46,983 nt of DNA from a virus. Taxonomy: Duplodnaviria; Caudoviricetes. Positions 1-9,072 of the stretch are shown here, piece after piece; position 1 is the first letter of the stretch, and each line of letters opens with the position of its first letter. The position numbers and the translations under genes were made by a program. A model generated the notes under the pieces. It ran no database searches. It had not been told where the DNA came from and saw nothing but the letters and a program-made list of their open reading frames with translations. Where the stretch lies: positions 1 through 46,983 of the IMG/VR virus record IMGVR_UViG_3300037751_000148. One strand, 5' to 3'.

Positions 1-126
1 CTGCCGGTATAGGCTACCGATACCGTATCTGAGGGAGGGCCTGAAACAGACGCGCCTTTCTACGAACTCTTTGACCTTGGCAAAGCTCTCCTTCATCCTC
101 GATCCGGGTTCTACGGTTGGTGGAAC
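1..126. repeat. Terminal direct repeat, copy 1 (circular assembly overlap)
   Basis: Bases 1-126 are identical to 46847-46972, and an ORF reads in frame across the join. Confidence 0.95.
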
Positions 127-615
127 GTAATTGCTTTCCCGCGTAAGCCTTCCTTCCCTATGCCCGTTAGCAATCGCTTCAGCTTCTTCCATTGAGTTAA
201 AGAGTCCTAAGTGGGTCTGCTTGCCGTCCAGGACTAGGCGAACCCTCCACTTACCGCTATTCCTATGGAAGGTAACCCCTTTAATGTCACTCTTTACGGA
301 AGTAACCCCAGTCCCATCCCTCAGGTTGTCCCAACTGTTGTCTCCTTTGTCACCGTTTTTGTGGACGATGCTCTTTGGTGGCTCGTTACCGGTCATAAGT
401 TTCCAGGCAACCCGGTGCGCTTTCAGAACATGGCTCCCAACTCTTATGCGAGTGTCTTGGACCTGCCTACAGCCAGCTACCCTTCCTTCCCACCTGTCAT
501 TCCAAGCGGTTTTACCAGGTCGTGCCCTCCAAACTAGATCCCCCGTATCAGGGTTGTAGTCGAACATCTTCTTCAGCTCTTTTTTAGTGAACGGTATCGA
601 ACTTACTTTGGTCAT
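1..615 (-). CDS. HNH-AP2 endonuclease-like protein, 5' part (continues across the join into 46846..46628; about 277 aa total)
   Basis: Translated by hand: ATG at 615 overlaps the polA stop. Reads MTKVSSIPFTKKELKKMFDYNPDTGDLVWR...AHRVAWKLMTG...IVHKNGDKGDNSWDNLR (HNH-like), then KGVTFHRNSGKWRVRLVLDGKQTHLGLFNSMEEA (AP2-like). Missing from the ORF track because it runs off the window edge. Confidence 0.85.
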   Translation of the reverse strand, partial: MTKVSSIPFTKKELKKMFDYNPDTGDLVWRARPGKTAWNDRWEGRVAGCRQVQDTRIRVGSHVLKAHRVAWKLMTGNEPPKSIVHKNGDKGDNSWDNLRDGTGVTSVKSDIKGVTFHRNSGKWRVRLVLDGKQTHLGLFNSMEEAEAIANGHREGRLTRESNYVPPTVEPGSRMKESFAKVKEFVERRVCFRPSLRYGIGSLYRQ

Positions 616-2459
616 CACTTCACCTCTCGCTCTGTGCCCCAGGTTGCTCCGACTGCTGCATCCCAAAGGATTTGTACTGTCGGTTCCCAGCCCCAGGCTG
701 CTTTGTAATCAAGATTGTCGAGTGTGTCCTTAACCCTTAGGACCAGATCTTTTGACAGATCCTGAATCTTTACGAAATAGTAAATCCCGTCATGAAGGTC
801 CCATGCCAGCAGCAGCTCCGGGTACTTCTTATAGACTGTCGCCATCGCCAGATACTTCATATCGGCACCGGTCCCCTGCACTGGGTGATTGATGGCGCTC
901 TGCTCTGTGCCCCAGTCGTTGCCGTGCCACTCAGTCAGATGGAACCTTCGACCGGCCAGCGTCTCGGCATAGCCGTAGTGCTTGGCCTTTAAGATCGCAT
1001 CACGCCAGTACCTGACCAACCCAGGGTACTTAAGGTTGTGACGGTTTATCAGCCCTTTCGACTGAATGATGTCCAGACGGAAGCTGTAATCCACCCTGGC
1101 CTGCCTGCGGAAGGACTTGGCACCGATACGGTAAGCACAGGCATGGTTCAACATCTTCGCCATCGCCCTGTGGCCCTGTGGCCCTACGATAGTCTCCTTG
1201 CCTTCAGCCTTCAGCCTTAGGAAGTCACCCAACGGTATCCCGGCCAGCTCCGCACCCAACGCCGAGTGAATGTCGTCGTATGGAGGCTTGCTGTTGAAGA
1301 TCTGCACCATCGTCGGGTCTTTGCTAAGATCCGCGATGATACGACGCTCCTGGCCCGACGCGTCGAATGATACCAGTGCGTAGCCCTTGGGAGCCCGGAT
1401 AAGATCCCGTATCGCAGCAGGTCTTGGGAACTGGTGCAACGGCATTCCTACCGGGAACTTGTTCTTTATCTTGGAGCCATACGTCAGCCTGCCAGTGTAG
1501 GCCGAGAAGATCTTTGGAACCGGGTGTAGCGTGTGTGACCCTAAGTACTCCGCCGCCTTAACCGGCCCGTTCAAAAACTTGCTCAGGGTTGTGTCGAACT
1601 TGCGCCACCTCAGCAACTCCAACGGCCTTGGATCGATATCAGCCAGATACGTCAGTGCTGCCTTACTGGTCCCCGGCTGTCCGGTTGGAGTCCTGTTCGA
1701 TTCATCGATAGGCAGAGCCCAGGTCTTATAGAGTAGCTCCCCCATCTGCTTAGGGGATCTGAGCCTCGGGGACGGTTGCCAGCGCTGTCCCATAGGAACC
1801 CGCACCCCAAGCCTCGACTCTATCTCGTCCATCTCCTCAGCGACGACCGGTACCCTGTTACGGCACTCGTCGATTGCCATCGGGATTCCGCGTACCCAGG
1901 ACATAGCCAGAGGAACAAGACAGCTGGCCTCGATCAGTGCCGATCTCTGCTGCTGAGCTGTCAGATTAGCCATACAGCGCTGTGCTAAGATCCGGGTTGC
2001 TGTGGCGTCCATACAGGCCCGGCCCTGCCAATAAGCCTCGTCTCTGTCCTCGTCTGCAAGTTCCTTCATCTCAACGAACTCGCTGGCCCACGGCAGATCC
2101 GACATATTGCGCTCAACGGCTGCTGCCAGACCCCACGAGAAATTGCCGCGCTCGGCAGACTGCCCGTTACTTACCCACTTCTCCAACAACATCGAATCCA
2201 ACCAAGGGTACCGCCCAACCGGGAACCCGGACGCAAACAACCAGGCGATATCAAACATCGCGTTATGCGCTACGAACCTGCAGTTCTTAAACTCTCTCAG
2301 TTCGTCCAGGGTTGCAAGGCGCGGTACCTCATGCTCCAGATCTACAGCAATGCTGGTTATGTGAGCCTTACCCTCCCCGACCCTCCAGGGCTGAAGGGAG
2401 TACTCAGGGTGGTCCGGGTCAAGGGATTCCGTTTCTATGTCCAGTCCAATGAGTTCCAT
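615..2459 (-). CDS. polA: Family A DNA polymerase with 3'-5' exonuclease domain
   Basis: Exo motifs LDIETES and AHNAMFD; YTGRLT; motif A FDASGQERR; motif B RAMAKMLNHACAY; INHPVQGTGAD; motif C LHDG. Confidence 0.95.
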   Translation of the reverse strand: MELIGLDIETESLDPDHPEYSLQPWRVGEGKAHITSIAVDLEHEVPRLATLDELREFKNCRFVAHNAMFDIAWLFASGFPVGRYPWLDSMLLEKWVSNGQSAERGNFSWGLAAAVERNMSDLPWASEFVEMKELADEDRDEAYWQGRACMDATATRILAQRCMANLTAQQQRSALIEASCLVPLAMSWVRGIPMAIDECRNRVPVVAEEMDEIESRLGVRVPMGQRWQPSPRLRSPKQMGELLYKTWALPIDESNRTPTGQPGTSKAALTYLADIDPRPLELLRWRKFDTTLSKFLNGPVKAAEYLGSHTLHPVPKIFSAYTGRLTYGSKIKNKFPVGMPLHQFPRPAAIRDLIRAPKGYALVSFDASGQERRIIADLSKDPTMVQIFNSKPPYDDIHSALGAELAGIPLGDFLRLKAEGKETIVGPQGHRAMAKMLNHACAYRIGAKSFRRQARVDYSFRLDIIQSKGLINRHNLKYPGLVRYWRDAILKAKHYGYAETLAGRRFHLTEWHGNDWGTEQSAINHPVQGTGADMKYLAMATVYKKYPELLLAWDLHDGIYYFVKIQDLSKDLVLRVKDTLDNLDYKAAWGWEPTVQILWDAAVGATWGTEREVK

Positions 2460-2462
2460 ACG

Positions 2463-2798
2463 TTACCACCTGACCCGGATGCCACCCCAGAGGGTATCCA
2501 TTCCATTGTCTTTTAGCTGAACATCGGATACGTGCTCCAGCTCCAAGAACAGGTTTTTGTAGTCAACCCCAACGGCTGCCTTGCCCAAGTTGCGCTGCTT
2601 GCTGAGAGTTCCGGACAGGTCCGGGTTCTGCCTGTTAATCCCGAATGCTGCCTCAGCGTAGACAGATGGTTTGTCAGGGTCAGGGCAGGCTACAACGCTT
2701 TCCGACATTGCAGCCATAATGACCACCCCAGTGATCAGGCAAAATGCGATGTAGATAATGGCGTTTAGGATAATTTCTAAAACCGTCGAAATTTTCAT
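2463..2798 (-). CDS. Membrane/secreted protein with outer-membrane beta-strand signature
   Basis: N-terminal hydrophobic helix, amphipathic beta-strands, C-terminal aromatic residue (GGIRVRW), SD GAGGA. Confidence 0.6.
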   Translation of the reverse strand: MKISTVLEIILNAIIYIAFCLITGVVIMAAMSESVVACPDPDKPSVYAEAAFGINRQNPDLSGTLSKQRNLGKAAVGVDYKNLFLELEHVSDVQLKDNGMDTLWGGIRVRW

Positions 2799-2819
2799 AG
2801 TTCCATCCTCGTTAATGTT

Positions 2820-3272
2820 CTACTGGTTCAGAGAGTCTATAGGGGTTCCGTGAACTACTACGCCATCAGCGATGTTGTTATCAACTATCTTAGCGGCATC
2901 ACGGCGCTGGTTCGCCTCTGCTACGTTTCCTACCCATGAAGGGCTGCTTATCGTCGGCCAGACCTGCACTCGAAACAGCTCGTCCGCTCCGATCATCTCT
3001 TCCGCTTTATGAATCGTCATCCTCGGGTTCTTAACGTACTTCATCGGTTCAAGGTCTTCGTCCTTCAGCAGACAGACCTTAACAACCGCGTTTAAGAAGG
3101 GCTCCCCGCCTACAGAGTTAGGAGACAAGAATACCGCGTTGTCGCCGCACTTCAGGAGGTAGACACAGTTCGCTACTTCGATACGATCCACTGCTGCACT
3201 GATATGCCCGGTCAGTACTACATAACTTAAGGTGCTTGTTGCTGCGTCGAAATATCTGTTGTTCGTTCTCAT
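2820..3272 (-). CDS. Hypothetical protein
   Basis: ORF in a tightly packed operon; likely start MRTNNRY at 3272. Confidence 0.6.
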   Translation of the reverse strand: MRTNNRYFDAATSTLSYVVLTGHISAAVDRIEVANCVYLLKCGDNAVFLSPNSVGGEPFLNAVVKVCLLKDEDLEPMKYVKNPRMTIHKAEEMIGADELFRVQVWPTISSPSWVGNVAEANQRRDAAKIVDNNIADGVVVHGTPIDSLNQ

Positions 3273-3282
3273 GATAATCCCC

Positions 3283-3498
3283 TTATCCGATACGTACCCA
3301 CGGAATCCCATCGGCTGTTTTTACAAATCGCCCGGTTAGTCTGCCCGGCGATTGCACCCACTTGTACACTGGGTTTGCACCCTTATACGTCGAACCGGCG
3401 ACCTCAACGATAACGCTACTCTTTCTATTGAGAGATCTGCTGATCATTTCGTTTACGTGGGAGGGTTTTCTGTTTCTTGGGTTACTCATTTTGTCCAT
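3283..3498 (-). CDS. Hypothetical basic protein
   Basis: 71-aa ORF with GGAGG SD, overlapping the upstream gene. Confidence 0.55.
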   Translation of the reverse strand: MDKMSNPRNRKPSHVNEMISRSLNRKSSVIVEVAGSTYKGANPVYKWVQSPGRLTGRFVKTADGIPWVRIG

Positions 3499-3763
3499 CC
3501 TCCAACAGTTTTATTAAGCGCTCTACGCTGTCTGCTAGCCGTGCTGTTTCCTTAGCAAGCCGATCCGTCACCTCCTTAGGGTCCAGCCCTATTTTTGGTT
3601 GATCCCCCCAAGCGTTGAGTGCTTCTTTGATGGTTTCCGCCCTTTCCACCCTGAGTGCTGCTTCGAACTCCTCGCAGGCATTCTCCCTGCTACGCCTACA
3701 TGCCTTGAGCTGCCTATCGGTCAGCTCCGAACCCTTCTTAAACCACCCGCTAACCCTAATCAT
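3482..3763 (-). CDS. Hypothetical helical protein
   Basis: 93-aa ORF with coupled overlaps on both sides. Confidence 0.6.
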   Translation of the reverse strand: MIRVSGWFKKGSELTDRQLKACRRSRENACEEFEAALRVERAETIKEALNAWGDQPKIGLDPKEVTDRLAKETARLADSVERLIKLLEDGQNE

Positions 3764-3962
3764 CGCTCGGCTCTCCGATGTAAAAGCTATCGTCAGAGTC
3801 GTCGTCGATGATTACCTTAGGGTCGAACCCGTCAGGGCACTCGCAGGACTCCTCAGGCTGGTCACATGCCCAGCATACTTGCCCTTCGTCGTCATCGTCA
3901 CAGTTCCAGTCGCCGGTAACAGAATCGCCTAAGTCGTGTCTTGGTCTGTCAGTGCTTCGCAT
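3756..3962 (-). CDS. Small acidic Cys-rich protein
   Basis: CWACDQPEESCEC motif; SD GGAG/AGGT. Confidence 0.55.
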   Translation of the reverse strand: MRSTDRPRHDLGDSVTGDWNCDDDDEGQVCWACDQPEESCECPDGFDPKVIIDDDSDDSFYIGEPSDD

Positions 3963-3974
3963 TTTACCTACTCC

Positions 3975-4142
3975 TCAGATTACCCAAACAAAAGGGCTTG
4001 GTTTTTCAGTTGCAACAGCTGATGGCTGTTCTTTGCACTCTTGGGTGTGAACGCCCCAGCTACTAGCAGGGATTAGAAATATGCCCCAAATAATGACGGC
4101 CCATGTAGCTGCCGCAACCGCTCCAACAAGTAGTGCTCTCAT
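3975..4142 (-). CDS. Small membrane protein
   Basis: MRALLVGAVAAATWAVIIWGIFLIP hydrophobic helix; internal ATG preferred after GAGGGA. Confidence 0.5.
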   Translation of the reverse strand: MRALLVGAVAAATWAVIIWGIFLIPASSWGVHTQECKEQPSAVATEKPSPFVWVI

Positions 4143-4221
4143 ATTTTGATCCCTCGTTCTGGTTTGTCTTAACGTTGTACAGTAGCCTGTATAGTACCAC
4201 CACGGCGCGCCGTTACAAGAT

Positions 4222-6621
4222 TTATTTTCTCTTTTCGTCAACTATCTCAAATGAGGGTCCAGGGTCAGGACGGTTGTAGGCTAGCTCTATCGCACGGTTG
4301 AACTCGCTTAGGATTGGTCCCTTCCCAGCACTACGCCACTTAGCCACATCGCGCCCTTTTACCACCCTGACTCGGATCTGCTTGGAGCCCTGGCCCCCGG
4401 TACGTATCGACCTTTCGATGGGCTCACTGATCTCCCTACAGATCCGCCGGGCGATGTTACCCAGGTCATGAGGAGGGCTTCCTATGCAGTTACTAGATAG
4501 GAACGCAGCCACCACTTCATCGTCTATCACTGAGCAAACAAACGGCCCTGTTCTGGAATCGATTGCATCTTCTACAAGAGCGGTCAGGTAGTCACCATTG
4601 CCCCTGCCCATCTCTCGCTTAGCTCTGGTGTCTGGTGGAGATTCGCTATGGTCGAACGCGCTCAAGTCCTTCGCCCTAAGGTATGCCTCCAAGTGCGCCG
4701 GCCCATCCGTGCCGATCCACTTTGTCAGAGCCCTGTAGTAGCTGGCGTGTTGCGGGTCTGCTGTTATTTTATAGACCCAGTACCGCCTTTCGTCTGGCCT
4801 TAGCGGCAGAGCATCGTCGTAGTTTGTGAACCCAATGAAGTTAGAAAAGATCTTCTGATCCGCCTGCTTACGATTTTTTATGTTAACCGGTAGCACTGGC
4901 TCCGTAATCTGTGGGGAGAGATCATCCACGAACCCCCGCGCCTTCGTATGGGGGATATCATCCAGGAGCACAACCGTTGTTCTGTCCAGGTAGTAGTTAA
5001 ACTCGCCCTCGATGTTCTTCACCCTGGTTGACGCCACGTTGTGCGCGCCTACTACACGTTTAAGCACTTCGAACAGCCTGTTCTTACCGACACCACCTTT
5101 CGATACTAGCAGCGGCATCCACTGGATTCTAAGCTCCGGCCGCTGCACAGTAAACGCTATCCAGTTCCACATAATCTCTCGTGCTGCTTCGTCCGGAAAC
5201 AGGTAGTTCATATGGTCAACAAACGGCTGCACCTTGTCGGGGTCGCATACCTCTGGCAGCTCCTGCATTGATCCCTGATACGGATTGAACCGCCTAACGC
5301 CTATCTCATCGGTATACACCCGCGCCGTACCGGGATGATACGCTATGGACCTCACAGACTGTCTATTCGGGCTCCCCATCCATCGGGTAGACACCTGAGT
5401 CTGTCCAACCCTAAGGTTCTTAGCCATGTTCTTAAAGTCCTCCATCGAGAGGATCGCCGCGCTTGGTGGCAGTGTCAGATCGACCACCTGTGAACCTTCA
5501 GTAACAAAGATGAACCGATCGTGCGCCTCATCGTCTGTTATCTGCCCGCCTGTCCTGTGCGCTGCAGTCTCATCAACCTCCCCACCGAACCCATCCAGAT
5601 CTATGCCCCCGGCCGTAGGTTCGTGGGGAGGTGTTACGGTCACTGCATCAGGTACCACAGGCTCAGGGGTCGGTGTTACAGGCTCATGGCGTGTCACCCC
5701 CCCACCACCCGCCAAACTCTTCGCCGGCGCAGTATCAAGCGCTACAAGGGGCAGCTTATCCGCCATCTGAGCGTATGCCCTGGTCACTTTCCCTAGTGCA
5801 TCCTGAAGCGTGAACAGGTCCCCACGCGGTTGCTCAACCAGGGTATGGAAGTGGGTCATCATGACAACGGCTTCAGCCTGCGTTACGCCACTCCGCACCA
5901 AGTGCCCGGCGTAGGCCGTCGCCCAACTGTCCCTAGTACCCGCAGGTACAGCGTCCGGCAGTGGGTCACATACAAACTCACTCCCGGCATACCCATACAG
6001 ATCCAGCGAATCAGTTACAGACAGGTTCCCAACCGATGGCGGGAGGTATTGAGGTGCAGGGAGGTTGAGCGAGTGGTCTATCAGGGCTTTGTCTGCTGAG
6101 CTGTTGGATACTTGGAGTGGGATCGTATAGGTGGGGAGGTTATGGAGGTCAGGAAGGCATCGGGATATCAGAGCATTCAACACCCAGGCAGGGGCTTGAG
6201 CATACGTGCTCCTATCCCGCCAGTTGCCGCGTCTGGCTGTATACGCGCCGTCGCTTCTGGTTGAAGGAGGTACGACGACATAGCTATGCCAACTCTTCGC
6301 ATCTACGCCCCTCAACATGCCTGTTACTGAGTGGATGTCCTGCCCTTCAGGGTGAGCATAAAACCAATGGTACCCGCCCGGAGTCTTGTTTACAGCAGTC
6401 TCAGGCAAGTGGCCGTTGGCTATCAGCCATGCCATTGTTTCCTTTCCACCCGATCGATAATCGAAGTCAACCACAACCACCCCATTGCCCGTAAGCATGG
6501 CCGTATTCTGTTTGTGGTGGTTTACAGGTACTGACTCAGTTAGCAGCTGCCAGCCCTTTATAACTGGCGTCCTGGTTGATCGAGTGACGGGGAATACAAT
6601 AGGGAACGGTAACGCTATCAT
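4222..6621 (-). CDS. Bifunctional primase-polymerase (Prim-Pol) fused to SF3-type helicase
   Basis: N-terminal VVVDFD, TPGGYHWFY, YVVVPPS (AEP prim-pol); PriCT-like GTRDSWATAYAGHL; Walker A GGVGKN; Walker B VLLDD; FTNYDDALPL..DERRY. Confidence 0.9.
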   Translation of the reverse strand: MIALPFPIVFPVTRSTRTPVIKGWQLLTESVPVNHHKQNTAMLTGNGVVVVDFDYRSGGKETMAWLIANGHLPETAVNKTPGGYHWFYAHPEGQDIHSVTGMLRGVDAKSWHSYVVVPPSTRSDGAYTARRGNWRDRSTYAQAPAWVLNALISRCLPDLHNLPTYTIPLQVSNSSADKALIDHSLNLPAPQYLPPSVGNLSVTDSLDLYGYAGSEFVCDPLPDAVPAGTRDSWATAYAGHLVRSGVTQAEAVVMMTHFHTLVEQPRGDLFTLQDALGKVTRAYAQMADKLPLVALDTAPAKSLAGGGGVTRHEPVTPTPEPVVPDAVTVTPPHEPTAGGIDLDGFGGEVDETAAHRTGGQITDDEAHDRFIFVTEGSQVVDLTLPPSAAILSMEDFKNMAKNLRVGQTQVSTRWMGSPNRQSVRSIAYHPGTARVYTDEIGVRRFNPYQGSMQELPEVCDPDKVQPFVDHMNYLFPDEAAREIMWNWIAFTVQRPELRIQWMPLLVSKGGVGKNRLFEVLKRVVGAHNVASTRVKNIEGEFNYYLDRTTVVLLDDIPHTKARGFVDDLSPQITEPVLPVNIKNRKQADQKIFSNFIGFTNYDDALPLRPDERRYWVYKITADPQHASYYRALTKWIGTDGPAHLEAYLRAKDLSAFDHSESPPDTRAKREMGRGNGDYLTALVEDAIDSRTGPFVCSVIDDEVVAAFLSSNCIGSPPHDLGNIARRICREISEPIERSIRTGGQGSKQIRVRVVKGRDVAKWRSAGKGPILSEFNRAIELAYNRPDPGPSFEIVDEKRK

Positions 6622-6690
6622 TCCGCCTATCCTCTGGTTAAAGGTCGAACTCTTGATTCTAGCGCCGATGGACAGCGCTAGATAGGGGAC

Positions 6691-6963
6691 TTATACAGAC
6701 TGTGAGTCATTGGCAGGTACCCGCCAGATCCTAACGAAGCCCGGCGCGTTCGTATCTTTGGCGCTTACGAACTTGTAGTTAGGGTTTTTCATGGCATAGC
6801 TTCTAGCGGCCCAAACAGCAGAGCAGTGCTGTGCATCCTCTCCAGGCGCTAGGAATGACGCGCCTACAGGCATCTCCCTGAAGTGGTACTTGTTGCGCTT
6901 ACCTGATGGGGCTGGGGCTGGGATGTCATATTCAAGTACAGGCCGGGTATTATAGGAGTCCAT
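6691..6963 (-). CDS. Small phage putative DNA-binding protein
   Basis: KYHFREMPVGASF...VRIWRV pattern, typical of a common small phage protein family. Confidence 0.65.
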   Translation of the reverse strand: MDSYNTRPVLEYDIPAPAPSGKRNKYHFREMPVGASFLAPGEDAQHCSAVWAARSYAMKNPNYKFVSAKDTNAPGFVRIWRVPANDSQSV

Positions 6964-6993
6964 GTTCAATCCTCTGGTTGGGTAGGTCTTGGT

Positions 6994-7024
6994 ATCTTAA
7001 CACCCTCTGGTTATTGGGTGTCAA
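6994..7024 (-). promoter_or_regulatory. Possible sigma70 promoter with overlapping inverted repeat
   Basis: TTGACA (7024-7019) and TAAGAT (6999-6994) with a long 19-bp spacer; ACACCC/GGGTGT inverted repeat across the spacer and -35 box. Confidence 0.35.
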
Positions 7025-7050
7025 GTGCTAAGTGCTAAGTGCTAAGCGCC
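7023..7050. repeat. 7-bp tandem repeat (AAGTGCT)x3 plus AAGCGCC
   Basis: Read directly from the sequence. Confidence 0.85.
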
Positions 7051-7130
7051 GGGCTTTTGTATTGGCGGGGTTCCCCCTTTTGTACGTGCTGGGAATTCCT
7101 TGTAGCGCCGTTCCTGGCTTGGTGATTTCG

Positions 7131-7405
7131 TGATGCAGTACGGTTTAGCGCTTTTACTGCATCACCTAACTGCATCACCTCATAACCCCTTGATGCTGAA
7201 AATGTTTTGATGCATGTGATGCAGTGATGCAGTTATTTCTTATTCAATATATATATATATATATATATAGGGCTACAGCATCAGTAGCAGGTAGTAGGTA
7301 AGGGGGGAGAGGGGGAGAGAGGTTCAAACTCATGCATCACTGCATCAAAACGCTCTAGCCTTAGTGGCACTAGGGATAGAGCGTGATGCAGTTAGGTGAT
7401 GCAGT
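7131..7405. repeat. Putative replication origin: ten TGATGCA iterons, perfect 23-bp inverted repeat, central (AT)11
   Basis: TGATGCA/TGCATCA at 7131, 7158, 7171, 7208, 7217, 7225, 7333, 7341, 7384, 7397; 7156-7178 is the reverse complement of 7383-7405; (AT)11 at 7247-7268; noncoding and near the primase gene. Confidence 0.65.
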
Positions 7406-7407
7406 TC

Positions 7408-8460
7408 TTAAGCCGCTACTGTTTCCCACTGTTTAGGCGATAAAGTAAGTATTTGACCGCCAATTGACTCTAATTCGGTCGCTCTATCGTAAGATTCGTG
7501 GTTGTTGGCTATTTCAGTGACCGCGTTGAGGAACCCCCATTGAGAAAGATCGCCATTACGGATCAGATTACTAAGCATCGATTCTTGCTCGTTGTCCGAT
7601 AGAGCGAATTGTTTAGCAAGGGTCTGCACGGCTTCGAGTGGCTTGGAGGCCATCGGACCGTTGGCGGATTGTTGCATTGTGGATAGGATTCGTTCGAATG
7701 CACTGCCATCAGCCAATGCTTGGATGATATCCCGGATCTGGTAGCTGATCTGGAGGCGGTCCGCTTGAATGGAATCGTTGCTCCGAATGACGAAATCAGG
7801 ACAGTCGATTATCCTGGCTCCTAGATGGCGCTTTTTCATGCTACCCAGGCCGCTGATAGGCATGGTCATGCCGTTAGTACAGACTAGGCGGTAGATAAGG
7901 GGCTGGATGACTGCAGAGCCCATGCCGATCTCTGAGTTGCTAACCACGAACCCGGCTTGAACAAGATCGCCTTTGCGCACTTCGCCTTCGATTTTAGGAA
8001 ATAGGATTTTCATGTAGAGGCGCTTATCGGTAATCGCGAAGCTGGCGGGCTCTATTTGCGTCGAGACGGTGCTTAAAGCGCTCAAGGTGGCCTCAGCTAT
8101 CAGGTCGTGGTCTATGCGCTTGTAACGGTCGCTTAAGAAGGCCCTGGCATGGTTGCCAAGAGTACGTACCATTCGGCGCTCGGGTTCATTGTGAAGGATT
8201 GTGTTGACAGTATCGGAGAGCTGAGCGGGATAGTCTGTTCTCATGCGGTCATAGAACCGGGTAGGGATCTTGAGTCGAGTCGCTATCTGTTGATGCGCAT
8301 GATCCGATACCGTGAACGTGTCGGTTCCGTCTCCGACCCTGAGGATGGACATTTGTTGGTCGAATTGCATCGCCCCTGTATCAGCAACGAGATCCCGCTT
8401 GCTGTTTGACTCAGTTTCGATCTGTTGAGCGAGTTGGACTAGAGATAATGAAGTTTTCAT
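7408..8460 (-). CDS. DUF932/DUF945-family protein
   Basis: RAFLSDRYKRID, NSEIGMGS, YRLVCTNGM and WGFLNAVT motifs. Confidence 0.8.
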   Translation of the reverse strand: MKTSLSLVQLAQQIETESNSKRDLVADTGAMQFDQQMSILRVGDGTDTFTVSDHAHQQIATRLKIPTRFYDRMRTDYPAQLSDTVNTILHNEPERRMVRTLGNHARAFLSDRYKRIDHDLIAEATLSALSTVSTQIEPASFAITDKRLYMKILFPKIEGEVRKGDLVQAGFVVSNSEIGMGSAVIQPLIYRLVCTNGMTMPISGLGSMKKRHLGARIIDCPDFVIRSNDSIQADRLQISYQIRDIIQALADGSAFERILSTMQQSANGPMASKPLEAVQTLAKQFALSDNEQESMLSNLIRNGDLSQWGFLNAVTEIANNHESYDRATELESIGGQILTLSPKQWETVAA

Positions 8461-8472
8461 GATTTTAACCCT

Positions 8473-8985
8473 TTAGATTAGGTTGTTTGATGCAAATGAG
8501 AATGAGCCTTCGTGGGTCACTATAATATGATCCAGCACCTGAATATCGAACATGAACAGACAGTCTTTAATTGCTGTAGTCAGTGTTCTATCGGCTTGAG
8601 AAGGGACCAGACTGCCCGATGGGTGATTGTGGGAGAGGATAACGGCAGACGCATTTAGCAGTAGTGCAGATTTCGCTATTTCACGAGGGTAGACAGAAGC
8701 TCTGGATACTGTTCCCAAGGCTTCGTCTTTTATCTCAATAACTCTGTGCTGATTATCGAGATAGGCAACGCTCATTACTTCGCGTTCGCCGCCTCCTATG
8801 CGAAGGCGGAATAGATTCTTAGCTGTATCAGCGTCGGTTATTCTCGGACCGGCTTCCCTCATGCGGGATTCTAAGATCCGTAAAGCGTGACGTATAACAC
8901 TATCGTCGGACGACACACTACCTGCAGAATTGCTAACTGAGCAATAAACTGGCGCATCTTCAGTATTGATGGTTTTTGTGTTCAT
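8473..8985 (-). CDS. radC: RadC-like JAB/MPN domain protein
   Basis: ERE...YLDNQHRVI, GTVSRASVYPREI, HNHPSG...PSQAD...VLDHIIV. Confidence 0.92.
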   Translation of the reverse strand: MNTKTINTEDAPVYCSVSNSAGSVSSDDSVIRHALRILESRMREAGPRITDADTAKNLFRLRIGGGEREVMSVAYLDNQHRVIEIKDEALGTVSRASVYPREIAKSALLLNASAVILSHNHPSGSLVPSQADRTLTTAIKDCLFMFDIQVLDHIIVTHEGSFSFASNNLI

Positions 8986-8988
8986 GGT

Positions 8989-9003
8989 AACGAGTCCCTC
9001 GTT
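8989..9003 (-). promoter_or_regulatory. SD-occluding hairpin with GGA loop upstream of radC
   Basis: The mRNA reads AACGAG-GGA-CUCGUU-ACC-AUG. Confidence 0.4.
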
Positions 9004-9072
9004 TGTTAACTGAGTACTAATTGTAAACTTTAATAGTCTCTCGTGGTTGATCTATTTTCATGTTGGGCGCCA

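Noticed and set aside
1-126. Terminal repeat as a biological DTR
   Set aside because: It lies mid-gene and its length is close to a common assembler k-mer overlap; true ends are more plausibly near 10.2 kb.
131-559. Plus-strand ORFs 131..559 and 265..537, and the many other antisense ORFs in the track
   Set aside because: They are shadows of well-supported opposite-strand genes and have no motifs or SD sequences.
7131-7405. Repeats read as a CRISPR mini-array, given the Cas4-like gene
   Set aside because: Units are 7-9 bp, in both orientations and irregularly spaced; the Cas4-like nuclease sits in a normal phage replication module.
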